A stretch of DNA of 64,000 bases from Eledone cirrhosa. Its lineage: Eukaryota. Positions 1 to 30,603 of this stretch are shown here, piece after piece. Location: positions 14,446,001 through 14,510,000 of the forward strand of contig OZ024760.1 in NCBI GenBank assembly GCA_964016885.1. Direction: 5' to 3'. Positions within the stretch are counted from its first letter, which is position 1; each line of letters starts with the position of its first letter. The notes under the pieces were generated by a model. That model saw nothing but the letters and a program-made list of their open reading frames with translations, had not been told where the DNA came from and searched no databases. The position numbers and the translations under genes are program-made.

Positions 1-515
1 GAGAAGTATGAGTAATGGCAGCTTTCCAGCAGCCACTACACTTCAAAGATTACTCGACCAGAGGGAGTTATGAACAATATATTTAGAAACACATGCGGAC
101 ACACACATATACATGCATCATATATATATGAGTATGTGTGTGGTATTAGTAAGGGTATCCAGCTTTAGAAACCAAACCAAAATGGAGCATAGCAGCAAGA
201 TATGGTTACCTGACATCTCTAGTTTCAGAACCATACAACCAATCTAAGCATAGAAAATAATTGTTTCTACTTTTAGCACAAGGCCAGCAATTACTCCAGT
301 ACATTACTGGTACTTTATTTTATCGACCCTGTAAGTATGAAAGGCAAAGTTAATCTCGACAGGATTTGAACTCAGACCGTAAAAGGATGTAACTATGCTG
401 GAAAGCATAGCGTCTGACCCTCTACTGATACTGCCAATCTACCGCCCAGCATAGAATATAATATTAACCCTTTAGCATTTAAATTGAATGTATCCAGCCA
501 GAATCTAGCCACTAT

Positions 516-851
516 CCCAGGGGCTCACTACATTACTCCATCACAGGGTTAAAGTCTATCTTAAGCCCAGGGTCTCACTACACCAGTCCATTGCAGGGTT
601 AAAGTCTATCTTAAGCCCAGGGTCTCACTACACCAGCCCATCGCAGGATTAAAGTCTATCTTAAGCTCAGAGTCTCACTACACCAGCCCATCGCAGGATT
701 AAAGTCTATCTTAAGCCCGGGGATTCACTACGCCAGCCCATCGCAGAGTTAAAGTCTATCTTAAGCCCAGGGTCTCACTACACCAACCCATCGAAGGGTT
801 AGTCTATCTTAAGCCCAGGGTCTCACTACGCCAGTCCATCGCAGAGTTAAA
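516..851. repeat. minisatellite, 50-bp unit, ~7 copies
   Basis: CCCAGGGTCTCACTACACCAGCCCATCGCAGG.TTAAAGTCTATCTTAAG recurring at 516, 566, 616, 666, 716, 766. Confidence 0.9.
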
Positions 852-3002
852 CGCCCAGCTACATCTGATGCCCATTTTCAGATGAGTACACTGGAACAAC
901 TTGAAAACAACACACCACCCAATTCAGGAATCAAATCCACAACATTATATTCGTAAACGCAACACCTTTACCACTAGACCACGCGCTTATCACAAGTTAA
1001 GTACTGGGGTCCATATATTCGGCTTTCCCTGTCACCCTTAGTTAAATAATCAACAAACGTAATTGAATATATTAAGGTAAACTACAGTACGAAAATGTCA
1101 AGTGTAAATAGTTTTCACAAATCCTAACGGCGTTGCTATAGCATCCATTAGCTCCTATCTTATTATGGACTGATATATATATAGTTGCACCCACTAGACC
1201 CGCCCGAACCATAACTTTCCTTCTTGTTACATCTAATATCTATTTATAAACGCATCCAGAACTATAAAAGTGTAAATATATATTAGACTCACCAATGAAA
1301 GAACCCCTCTCCTACCAAGTGGTCACTTATAATGCTAGGAATAGCAAAACTCTGGCAAAATAGAGAGTAACATTTCAATTAGAGTCCCTCGGGTTTCACT
1401 ATGGTCGATGAACGAGAAATTTCAAGGTGTGATGTTCATATCTATCCCCATATGAAGAGGGAAAAGGGAAATAACTCGTTTATGTTAAATAAGGGAAGTA
1501 ACTCATGGCGGCGTTCTTGGCTTTCTTATTGGTGTTAGTGAAGAAGAAAGACTTATAGTGGTGTTCATGGCTTTCCCATTGATCCTTTATTGAAGGGAAG
1601 CGGCTAAATGACATATTAATATATGGAGAATAACTTGCGACATTCATGATGTCCTTTTATGGTAATATTCAAGCGGTTCCCTATTTTCTGTAAATAAAAT
1701 AGATATGACGTGGTGATGTTTCTGGTTTATCCATTAACGAAAGCAGTGGAAAAGGACTACAACTAGTAAGTGAAACCACATCATGGACTTAGCGGAGCAG
1801 AATCTATAACATGTTATATATACTAGTCAGTTCCGTCCACTGTGTTGATGACACAACAGTCCACACTGTAAGGTGGTCGTGTAGGGGACATGGTAAAAAG
1901 GCTCCCAGTCCACACTGTAAATGTGGTTGGTGTTAGGAAGGGCATCTAGCTGTAAAAAACTGCCAGAGACGCTTCCGCGCGAGCAAGGTATGGTCTCCTG
2001 ACCATTCCCGCATCAAATGGAACAAAACCGTCTAACCCATGCTAGCGTGGAAGATCGACGTTAAACGATGATGATGATATATACATGTATATACATATGT
2101 ACATGTATATACATATATACATGTATATACATATATACATGTATATACATATATACATGTATATATATATATATATATATAATTGTTTCTACTTTTTGGC
2201 ACAAGGCCAGCAATCACCCAGTGCATTACCGGTACTTTATTTTATCGAATTGCCGCAAACTTGTGTTCGAGCATTGCCATCACCCGATAAAATGCTAAAA
2301 AATGTGAGGTTTGAATGTGGCTTTTCAAACCAGCCAAAGACTTGCACCCTCTGGCACATACATGGCAACTCCATTGGGACTTTCCACTGCTTGGTTCTGA
2401 CTGTGCGTTCTCATATGTCTTTTAAGACCTCCCATGCTTGCACATTCCTTGCCACATTCCCTACACCTTTTCAGATCATGCTATTCATAATCTACATGAG
2501 GTCTACTGATATGACTTTGTTCGTGTCTTATCAGACCAGCTTTGCTCAAGCAGACTCGACCACAGTGCTGGCAAAGTGATTGGTGATAGTAAGGGCATCC
2601 ACCCATAGAAAACCTGTCAAATAATTGCAAGCCTTGTGCCTAAATTAGAAATTATTATTATAAGAAGGTGGCAGGGCAGTGGATTGGCAGAATTGGTAGA
2701 GCATCAAATAAAACATTTTGTGGCATTTGTTCCTGCTATTTCATTTTAAGTTCAAATCTAGCTGAGGTTATCATTGCCTTTCATTATTCCAGGAATCGAT
2801 GAAATAAAATACCAGTTACATACTTGGGTCGATATACAGTGTACCCCTGGCAATCACAGTCCTGGTTATTCATGGAATTTTCCTTAGAACCTAATAATTG
2901 TTCATGGAAACCACCACATATTCGCAGAAACGTAAATATCTTCCGCAATTTTTTGGATCATTCATCATATAACATATCTATATTATGGATATCTATAACA
3001 GA

Positions 3003-3076
3003 TATTTCATCTGATGAACGAACCAGACGTTCCGGTTAGAATCGTCTAACTTCGTGAAACCTTGGGTAATGAAATA
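3003..3076 (+). ncRNA. type I hammerhead ribozyme motif (Penelope-like repeat)
   Basis: stem I TATTTCAT/ATGAAATA; core CTGATGA 3011-3017; stem II ACGAA..AGACG/CGTCT..TTCGT; GAAA; stem III ACC-ttg-GGT; cleavage triplet GTA. Confidence 0.75.
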
Positions 3077-3127
3077 ATTATATTGTGTTTATTACATAAT
3101 TAAATATATATATATATATTTTCTATC

Positions 3128-3162
<35 letters not shown>

Positions 3163-3206
3163 TTACATATATATATATATGTATATATATACATATATAT
3201 ACATAT

Positions 3207-3250
<44 letters not shown>

Positions 3251-4095
3251 TTCATGAGTAACCAATCTTAAAGAGAGGGATGGAGATAGTAGAGGAGATA
3301 TGAGAGGAAAGATTGGTGAGTTAGTTAGAAGCCAAAGCGTAAAGGCATGTGCTCAATGTGCAATATGCAGTAGAAAGCAGCTAGGTGGCTGGGTGCATGC
3401 AGAAGTTAGGTGCGCAGAGCTGGAAATATTCATTAGTTAAGCAAAACAAGACCACAAATTTTACAAGGAAGACATTATAATGTCTTCCTTGTGAAATTTG
3501 TGGTCTTGTTTTGCTTAACTAATGAATATATATATATATATATATATATAGTTTTAATAGTAATAATAATAAATTTGAAGACTAAAATCCAAAGCGATTC
3601 TTTGCTTAAACTTTAATCTGTTATTTTAATAAATATATATATAGTTTTAATATAGATGAGATTCTGCAGGACTAGACTTGTTTCATTTTTTAGAAATCAT
3701 CAGGAATCTGGCTTTCCAAAAATAAATTTAGTGGTATTTATATCTTTTCAGGTGGTAGGAGAGGGTGGGGAGTGGTATGGGTAGAGGTCATTGGTTGAAA
3801 GAAAAGGGAATTCACTAAAAGCTAATTCTTTAAGGCTATAATTTATATATATATATATGTATATATATATATAAACATATATATATACATATATATATAT
3901 AAACATATATATATATATATAAACATATATATATATATACATATATATATATATTAACATATATGTATATATACATACAGATATATAAACATATATGTAT
4001 ACATACATACAGATATATTAACATATATACACATACACATACATATTTGTATATGTATATATGCTTACCATCATTTTACATCCGCTCTTTCCTAC

Positions 4096-4128
<33 letters not shown>

Positions 4129-5344
4129 TTCTTTTATATACAAAATACTGTAAACAAGCAGCAGGATAGAGATTATTCAATACAAAAATAGAATTATCAT
4201 TTATTGGAAGTTGTAAACATCACTAATCGATCAGTGACATTTTTTTTTGCTTCCAATATATGTGTGTGTGTGCGTGTGTATATATATGTGTGTATATATA
4301 TATATACACACAGACCTACCTATATATATATATATACATAGATATATAGTAAGATACATAGATATACTTATATATAGTCATCTTATATACACACATACCT
4401 ATCCATATATATCATCATATATATGCACACATACTTACTCATACATATACACACATACACACACCTACCCATATATACACATATATAGTAAGATACATAG
4501 CTATACTTACATATAGTCATGTTTATACACACACACTCGTATCCATATATATATATATATATATACACATATATACACACACATATATAGTAAGATACAT
4601 AGCTATACTTATATACAGTAATGTCTATTTTTTCATACCATCCATTTCTTTTCTCATCTATTTAATCCCCACCCCAACAAACTCAAATTAAAAAATAATA
4701 ACAACAACAGACATATACACACAAAAAAAAATGCTCTGTGTTAATCACAATGGCGTCTTATTTTCTTGCTGTGCATTATAGTGAAAAGTTGATATGGCGA
4801 ACATTTACATAACACATTTATTCGATAAAAATAAATACACCAATTGTATGAAATATTTTCATCCGAGAAATACAATTCATTTTCATTCATTTTAAAGTGA
4901 AATTACTTAACAAACAACAAAATATTTCCATTTTAGAAATTTTTTTTTCCTCCATTTTATCTTTGTTATCAAAATCTGGTGAATAAGAGAGGTGGGGAGG
5001 GGAGACCTAAAGATTTAACCGTCCCTCTCCCCCCAAAAACACACAAAAGATAAACATTTGCTTTGAAATATCAAACAATGATATTTGTAAACTTCCATAA
5101 TTTGTGAAAGACTTGATAAAATTGTGTTATGCGTTAGACTATTATACAGACAAAACATACAAACAAACATTACTTGCCTCAATCAATACGATATATTTTT
5201 CTTACTAGGTAGAATGTCCCCCATGCAAATGTTGCAGTTCTGTTTATCAAAAAAATTCAGCATTACCACCATTTGTAAGAGGTGGCAAATTAGTTAGAAT
5301 GTTGGAAAAAAATGCCTTGTAGTATTTGTTCTGGCTGTCTTCAG

Positions 5345-5860
5345 TCAGTGTTACAGACCATCTGTATATCCTGGCAGGCATGGCCCCACCAGAGATACGA
5401 CAAAGTGCAGCAAGCAAGAAAGAGCGTCAACAACAGACTATAGATCAAAAACATCCTCTTTTCAGCCATGTGCCAGCCAAAAGCTGCCTTAAATCCAGGA
5501 AAAGTTTCCTAAAGAACATCACACCCTTTGGAAGATCAAGCATAAGTAGTGAAAGAGTCATTTGCTGGGAAGAAAAACTTAACAACCTCCCATCAGAAAC
5601 AACAATAGAGCTAAAGGCAACTGAGGCACTGCCCCCTGGAGCAGAAACAAACTATGCAGTGTGGAAATGCCTCAACAGATTATGCTGCACCTCCTGATGG
5701 GTTCCTTGCTGGACATCCCTGTACAGCATTTTACTTGGCAGAGTTTAATGAGAAAGGACAGCAATGTGTTCAGCTGTGGCAGAACCACATCTAGCCAAGC
5801 TCTGTAACTGACACTCTTGTGGACATGACAAGAAGAAACCCAATGTTCAAATCCCTTAAG
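5345..5860 (+). mobile_element. degenerate non-LTR retrotransposon ORF2 C-terminal fragment
   Basis: LYILAGMAPPEIR...HPLF...LKSRKSF...WKCLNRL, typical of post-RT LINE regions; clade uncertain. Confidence 0.6.
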
Positions 5861-6578
5861 CTCAACTTTTTTCCTTGAATTTATTCCTGAATGCAATAAA
5901 AGGTTTTTTTTTTTCTCTTCTGTAATTCTATTAACCCTATCATTGCCATATTTTTAGTAAAAGACATTGCCTATGGTTTTCAAATAACTTTTGAAATAAG
6001 TCAAGCATTTGAAAGAATTTAATGATATAACTAACATTCTCATTACTAACATTGTTACAAAGAAATAATGATGGAAGGTTTTTATATAAATATAAGCAGT
6101 TTTTTTATCATAAGGGTTTGTATCAAAAGCGTTAATTATGTGCCTTGCAGTACTTGCCCAGGTGGAGGATTGGCAGAGTCGTTAGAACATTAAATAGAAT
6201 GCTTTGCAATATTCATGCCAGCTCTCTGTACTCTGAGTTCAACTTTGCCTTTCACCCTTATGAGGTTGATAAAAAAAGTACCAGCGCATACCGGGGTCGA
6301 TTCTTCCTCTATATTTCTTTCTCGCTTCTTTATCGCTCTCTCTCTCTCTTGAAAGAAATTGGTTGCGTTCAGACTTGGTGAGTAGATGGACTCCACCATG
6401 TTTTAAAAAGTGCCCAAGAAACATCCTTTGTCACTACAGAACCCCAACACCACTACCAGGAGTTATGGGTCTATACATACAATATTTGTTGTTTGCAGTC
6501 AACTTAACCTTTCATTCTCTCAGAATATAAGACAACTGACTGCAACAAAATAGATTTTTGCTTCTGAAAGTCCATTAA

Positions 6579-6796
6579 CCCTTTAGCATTTAAAACGGCC
6601 TTATTTGGCCAGAATTCTTTCACCTCTTTCTGTTCTAACAATAACTGGCCACTCATACTGACGTTAAGGTATTGTTCTCAAAATAAATAATATCAAAAAT
6701 CTAATAGATTCGATATTATGTGAGGTAATTATGTGAAGTAAAGCCTTTACTGCGAAAATACAGCAGTATATATAGAGTAATGTAAATGCTAAAGGG
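6579..6796. mobile_element. piggyBac-type MITE (~210 bp), representative of a family with more than 10 copies
   Basis: TTAA|CCCTTTAGCATTTA...TAAATGCTAAAGGG|TTAA; copies e.g. 10349-10556, 10642-10861, ~20736-20945, ~40836-41042, ~42089-42310, ~57009-57227, ~60155-60359, ~60477-60655, ~62550-62769. Confidence 0.85.
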
Positions 6797-6849
6797 TTAA
6801 TTCGTCCACACACCATCCCTTACAAATAAGCCGAAGCATGACTGAAACT

Positions 6850-7086
6850 GAAAAGAAAGGATGTATGTTGCACATGTGAGAAGTGCAAGTAATCCAAGTG
6901 GAAGGAAGACGCAGTAGAAGACCACGGGAAACATGGGCGGAGGTGGTGAGAGATGACATCAGATTGCTGAAGCTCAGAGGAGATGACTAAGGACCGTGAC
7001 AAATGGAAAGATGCTGTGATGAAGAGCACCCGTCCCACCCTTGCAAGCGGGAAAAAGCGGATGTAAAATGATGATGGTGATGATGA
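6850..7086 (+). mobile_element. RTE LINE 3' fragment
   Basis: RPRETWAEVVRDDIRLLKL..DRDKWKDAV..TRPT with (GAT)n tail; related minus-strand pieces at ~36960-37170 and ~38003-38220. Confidence 0.7.
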
Positions 7087-7222
7087 TTCAGCTCAGTGTA
7101 TTCTGTGCCATATTCTACAAGGATTTGTGACCAGGAGACAGTATTAGCAAGGAAAGATCAATAGAAGTATTGGTCTGATTTGTCAACTGCTTCTTGCTTG
7201 ATTCAACTACCAGAGAAATTTC

Positions 7223-7947
7223 AAACACAATAAGAACTTCTTTTGTCTTCTTCTTTTCCTTCTTTTTCTTCTTCCACTTATTACTGAGAGGGTCATGGGG
7301 GAAGAGTCCTCAAACTCTACCTCCAGCGAGTCATGTCAGAAGCAACCACCTTTAACTAATCCCGCTGGATCTCCAAGTGTGACCAGCCAAGCTCATGGAT
7401 GTTATCCAAACATTTTGCTCGCGGTTTACCCCTGGGTTTCCAGCATGTTGCTTTTACCATAAAATCTGTCCAGTGATTCTTTCCTGAGACATTCTAACCA
7501 CATGCCCATAGTATCGGAGCTGTGATCTCGCAATACAGAGAATAAGAAGAACAACAAATTAAATATTTCACAGAAATCATTTCTATTTTATTTTTTCTTT
7601 CATTGTTATTTTGGCCAATAACAACAAAGTAGATAGGACTCTTCAGTGAAGCAGATGCTACACGAAAATACACCCTGTACACTCTGCAAAGTGATTGGTC
7701 TGGAGAAAGAGATTCAGCAATAGAAACCATGAAAAAAAACCCAAAAGGCTTGAGAAGACATTTCAGTTTTCCAGCGTCAGTTAACCTATCTAGTGCTAGT
7801 GCCACAGTAAAATGCACCCAGTACATCCTGTAATGTGGTTAGCATTAGAAAAGGCATCCAGCTGTAGAAACAATACCAAAACAAAACATATGTGAGACAT
7901 AGCCCTCTGATTCCAAGCCTTCAGAACTAATGGACTAAATGCTGGCT
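7223..7947 (+). repeat. long inverted repeat, copy 1 (partner 26735-27466)
   Basis: reverse complement match along ~730 bp; the ORF track gives near-identical peptides at 7494..7826(-) and 26938..27189(+). Confidence 0.9.
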
Positions 7948-8417
7948 TTAGTGCGAACAGATGAAACACCAGGATTTCTGTTCGAGGAGGTATTCCTGTG
8001 CCAGCTACCTCCTCAAATTCAGTCCCTCTTAATTCAGACTGGTTTTTCAGTCACAGAGTCAGTAGCAGCCATCATCAGCGAGATGCAGTCACCAGAAACC
8101 ATTGCTTTCAGTGACAAGAAAAATACCGACAGCATACACTTGTTCCAGTTCATTCAGCTGTGAAAATTGCAACATCACTGGTGCCGAACTGTATCGGTAT
8201 TTGCTGTTCCCTTGTACAACTTTGGTGGAGACTAAAATCCAAAGAGGGCTCGATAAGGATAAATATATATCAAATATATAAGAACCCTAGAGCAAATATT
8301 TATTAAAATAACAGATTAAAGTTTAAGCAAAGAATCGCTGAGTTTCAGAAGATCCTGTTAAGGGTGAAAGCAGCGATTCTTTGCTTAAACTTTAATCTGT
8401 TATTTTAATAAATATAC

Positions 8418-8456
<39 letters not shown>

Positions 8457-8493
8457 CTTTAATCTGTTATTTTAATAAATATACATATATATA

Positions 8494-8524
<31 letters not shown>

Positions 8525-8773
8525 CATCATCATCATCGTTGTTTAACGTCCATCTTCCATGCTAGCATGGGTTAGACGGTTTTGTTCCACTTGATGCGGG
8601 ATTGGTCGGCAGACGTGTATATATGGAGAGAATCTTCATACTCAAATAGATGTGCAGATTATTTCCTGAAAATGGGGGTAGGAGAGGAGACAAGTTTCCA
8701 GTTTCCACTTCATCCTGCAGCAAAGATGAATCAGGAACCAACCACTGCAGGTGATGCACATCCAAGAGTCAAA

Positions 8774-26093
<17,320 letters not shown>

Positions 26094-26734
26094 AATGTAG
26101 TAGGGGAGACGTGACCACACAAACAAGGTGGATGAACGTCACCTGTCAATAATAAACTTGCAATGGAGGGCGTATCATTAAACGGTGACAACCGAATTGT
26201 GTTCCTCCTGTAAAAAAAAATACACGTCAGCGTTCTTGGGAAGTTTAAGTCGGTATATTATGCGACGTTAAAGTTTATTTTTAAAATATATCTTGTACAT
26301 ATACACACAATTTATATAATACATATCCCTGAAACCTAATTCTACCCCTAAACCATAACCCTTTCCCTAAACCTTAAACCTAACTCTTAGCCTCGTCATT
26401 ACCTGTGGTAATGCTGCGAGAGTGTTGGCTTGCCTCAAAGTGTCTAGTTAACCCCTAAGGTGTCAGGTGCGGTCGATTGTCTCACTTGGTAGTTAACCCC
26501 CCCCCACCTTGCTCTTTTTTTTTATTTCCTTTATCATTATTGTCCAATCAATTATATCGTATTTTTATACACCTTGATTAAATGAAAACCTAAAAGCTGA
26601 TTCTAAACACTAATTCTAACCCTATCTCTGACTCCTAACTCTAACCCTATCCATTATCTTTAATCCAAAACCCCAACCCTAATTTGGAATAAATTAGTCT
26701 GAAGCACATGTCCAGGCAAGGTTGTTTGAGGAGG

Positions 26735-27466
26735 AGCCAGCATTTAGTCCATTAGTTCTGAAGGCTTGGAATCAGAGGGCTATGTCTCACATATGTTTTG
26801 TTTTGGTATTGTTTCTACAGCTGGATGTCTTTTCTAATACTAACCACATTACAGGATGTACTGGGTGCATTTTACTGTGGCACTAGCACTAGATAGGTTA
26901 ACTGGAGCTGGAAAACTGAAATGTCTTCTCAAGCCTTTTGGGTTTTTTTTTCATGGTTTCTACTGCTGAATCCCTTTCTCCAGACCAATCATTTTGCAGA
27001 GTGTACAGGGTGTATTTTATTGTAGCATCTGCTTCACTGAAGAGTCCTCTCTACTTTGTTGTTATTGGCCAAAATAACAATGAAAGAAAAAATAAAATAA
27101 AAATGATTTCTGTGAAATATTTAATTTGTTGTTCTTCTTATTCTCTGTATTGCGAGATCACAGCTCCGATACTATGGGCATGTGGTTAGAATGTCTCAGG
27201 AAAGAATCACTGGACAGATTTTATGGCAAAAGCAACATGCTGGAAACCCAGGGGTAAACTGCGAGCAAAATGTTTGGATAACATCCATGAGCTTGGCTGG
27301 TCACACTTGGGGATCCAACGGGATCAGTTAAAGGTGGTTGCTTCTAACATGACTCGTTGGGGGTAGAGGTTGAGGACTCTTCCCCCACGACCCTCTCAGT
27401 AATAAGTGGAAGAAGAAGAAAAAGAAGGCAAAGAAGAAGAAGACAAAAGAAGTTCTTATTGTGTTT
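26735..27466 (-). repeat. long inverted repeat, copy 2 (partner 7223-7947)
   Basis: reverse complement of 7223-7947 with scattered substitutions and short indels. Confidence 0.9.
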
Positions 27467-28224
27467 CGAAACGGCCGGACTCAGCCATCGGGGTCCTGAC
27501 ACTTTTCCTATTACCCACTCTACTACCCTAAGTATCGAGTACTCTGGTGCATTATGGTCCACCTGGAATCTTACCCCACCTTCTTCTTTTTTTTGTTCAT
27601 TTACAAAGTATCGTATCGCTGGTTTGAAAAAAAAATGGTGATAGAATTCTGGCCAGATACGGCCGGTTTAAATGCTAAAGGGTTAAGGCTTTTTTCGCAG
27701 CAATATATATTTTTCGAATGCTAAATTATTAATAATTTATTAATAACAATATACCGTATTGGCCAGCCTATTGGACGACCCTTTACATCTTTTTTATTTA
27801 TATTTTATGTTATATTTTGATATTTATAGGCATTTTTATGGACCACGTCCAATATTCGTGGCTTTTCATTCTTCGCGAGTGCTCTTGGGACATAACCCCC
27901 GTGAATACCGGGGGATTACTGCATATCCTAAGAGAGAAACCTATGAGTATACAGGTGTGACCAGCTGCATATATTCCAGTCATTAGAAAAAGCAAAATGA
28001 ATAATTCATCTTTGAAAGAGAGATGACTCTGGGAGAAAAATGCTTGTGCGTGTGTATTCCTTTGTATAGATAAGTATGTGTGTATGTATATGTGTTTGCG
28101 TGTGTAATTGCATTTGTATATGTGTATGCGTGCTTGTGTGTAAATATACACCCACACACATACATATATACATTCACACACACACACATATATGTGTGTG
28201 TGCGTTTGTATTTATATATATATA

Positions 28225-28317
<93 letters not shown>

Positions 28318-29464
28318 GTGTGTGAATAATTGTATATGTATATGTGTGTGTGCTGGTGTGTAAATATACATCCACACACACACACTATCCTAGGATAAAG
28401 ATCCCATAACTCCTTGTGGAGTCATAGAGGCACCGTCATATGGTGTGTCTAGGGCACTTTTAAACCTGGCGGAGCCCAACCCTCTCCAGGTCTGAACACA
28501 GCCAATTTTTTGTTTTTTTTTATCGACCCTGTAAGGATCAAAGGGGCAAAGTTAACCTCGGCGGGATTTGAACTCAGAGCGTAAATGGCCATAACTCTAA
28601 GCTGCAAAGCATGGTGTCTGACGATCTACTGATACTGCCAATCCACCAAAGCAAATAATTGTTTCTACTTTTGGCACAAGGCCAGCAATTACCCCAGTGC
28701 ATTACTGGTACTTTATTTTATCGACCCCCGTAAGGATGAAAGGCAAAGTTAACCTAGGCGGGATTTGAACCCAGAACGTAAAGGGTCATAGCTCTATGCC
28801 GTAAAGCATGGTGTCTGACACTCTAATGATACTGCCAATCCACTTTTTTCAATACTGTCCAAGTTAATCAACAGCATTATTGCAAATAGTTAACTTTGTC
28901 TTTCATCCATACAGAGGTCGATAAAATAAAGTACCAGTAATGTACTGGGAAATTGCTGGCCTTGTGCCAAAAGTAGAAACAATTAATGCAAATAGTTATG
29001 GCCCTTTATGATCTGAGTTCAAATCCCGCCGAGGTTAACTTTGCCTTTCATCCTTACGGGGTCGATAAATAAAGTATCAGTCACGCACTGGGGTCGATTT
29101 AATCGACTTTCCCCTCCCCAAAGATTTCTGGCCTTGTGCCTATATAAGAAACCATTATTGTTTGCTAAACACTCCACTATATTTCCATTTTTCTATTAAA
29201 CGTCGCTAGGACGAAAACAACAACAACAACAAACTTAAAGGTTTTCACATAGAACCGGTTCCTGTTTCAATGTCTTTACGATGTCTTTTATACTGCTTTC
29301 GGTTATTCAATATAATCCATTTGTCCATATATTTGTTCATCTATCATCACCATCATCATCGCCACCACTATCAACACCACCACCCACCGCCACCGCCGGG
29401 TGTTGGTGTCACAACAAAAAGCATCCAATCCACAATGTAAAGTGGTTGTGTGGGTGTCATAAAA

Positions 29465-30096
29465 AAAGCACCCAGTCCACACTGTAAAGTGATCATGTAG
29501 GCGTCACAACAAAAAGCACCCGGTCCACCTTGTTGAGAAGTCGTGTTGGTGACACGACTAAAGCACCCAGTCCACCCTGTTGAGTGGTTGTGTTGGTGAC
29601 ACAGCAAAGAGCACCCAGTCCACCCTGTTGAGTAGTTGTGTTGGTGACACGGCAAAGAGCACCCAGTCCACCCTGTTGAGTAGTTGTGTTGGTGACACGA
29701 CTAAAGCACCCAGTCCACCCTGTTGAGTGGTTGTGTTGGTGACACGGCAAAGAGCACCCAGTCCACCCTGTTGAGTGGTTGTGTTGGTGACACGGCAAAG
29801 AGCACCCAGTCCACCCTGTTGAGTAATTGTGTTGGTGACATGTAAAAAGCACCCAGTCCACCCTGTTGAGTGGTCGTGTTGGTGACTCGACAAAAAGAAC
29901 CCAGTCCACCCTGTTGAGTGGTTGTGTTGGTGACATGGCAAAGAGCACCCAGTCCACCCTGTTGAGTGGTTGTGTTGGTGACATGACAAAAAGCACCCTG
30001 TTGAGTGGTTGTGTTGGTGATACAACAAAAAGCACCCAGTCCATCCTGTTGAGTGGTCGTGTTGGTGACACGACAAAGGACACCCAGTTCACCCTG
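29465..30096. repeat. minisatellite, ~48-bp unit, ~13 copies, from SINE family B
   Basis: AGCACCCAGTCCACCCTGTTGAGTGGTTGTGTTGGTGACACGGCAAAG repeated. Confidence 0.9.
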
Positions 30097-30097
30097 A

Positions 30098-30268
30098 ACA
30101 GTTGAATTTTTCAACTGTCTGGAATCATTTGGTATGCTGCCACTCAACCTTATATTGAAGAAGGACACAGTCATCATGCTTCTTAGAAACCTGGATCAGC
30201 CATGATTGTGCAATGGGACGCATATAATTGTGAATGAGCTGCAGCCTCACATTATTGAAGCGAAGATT
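30098..30268 (+). pseudogene. Helitron PIF1-like helicase fragment with in-frame stop
   Basis: TVEFFNCLESFGMLPLNLILKKDTVIMLLRNLDQP*LCNGTHIIVNELQPHIIEAKI matches the Helitron helicase motif 'EFLNSL...LLRNL.P..LCNGTR....L...VIEA.I'. Confidence 0.8.
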
Positions 30269-30343
30269 TGGCTTGATTCACATCTAGACAACTCGTCTAA
30301 CCCAAGATAGCATGAAAAAAAATGGACGTCTCTCTCTGTCCCC

Positions 30344-30390
<47 letters not shown>

Positions 30391-30603
30391 TTCTCTCTCT
30401 TTCTCTCTCTCTATGGCTCTCTATCAATCTTTCTGTATATCATTTCTAACGTGATACGGTTACACCTCCTTCTCTTCCTTCACTCTTTCTTTCCCTTTTC
30501 TCTCTGTCTTTGTTTTACACATCCTCATCCTTATCCTCCTAATTGATAAGTTTACACAGAGAAATAAAATGAAATATCGACCGAAAGTGTAAACATACAC
30601 ACA

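Noticed and set aside
2-73. Open frame RSMSNGSFPAATTLQRLLDQREL* at the window start
   Set aside because: Too short and unrecognised; cannot be supported as a terminal exon without upstream sequence.
8030-8080. Other CTGATGA matches (8072-, 13922-, 24489+, 45370+)
   Set aside because: No stem II/GAAA/stem I pairing; chance core matches.
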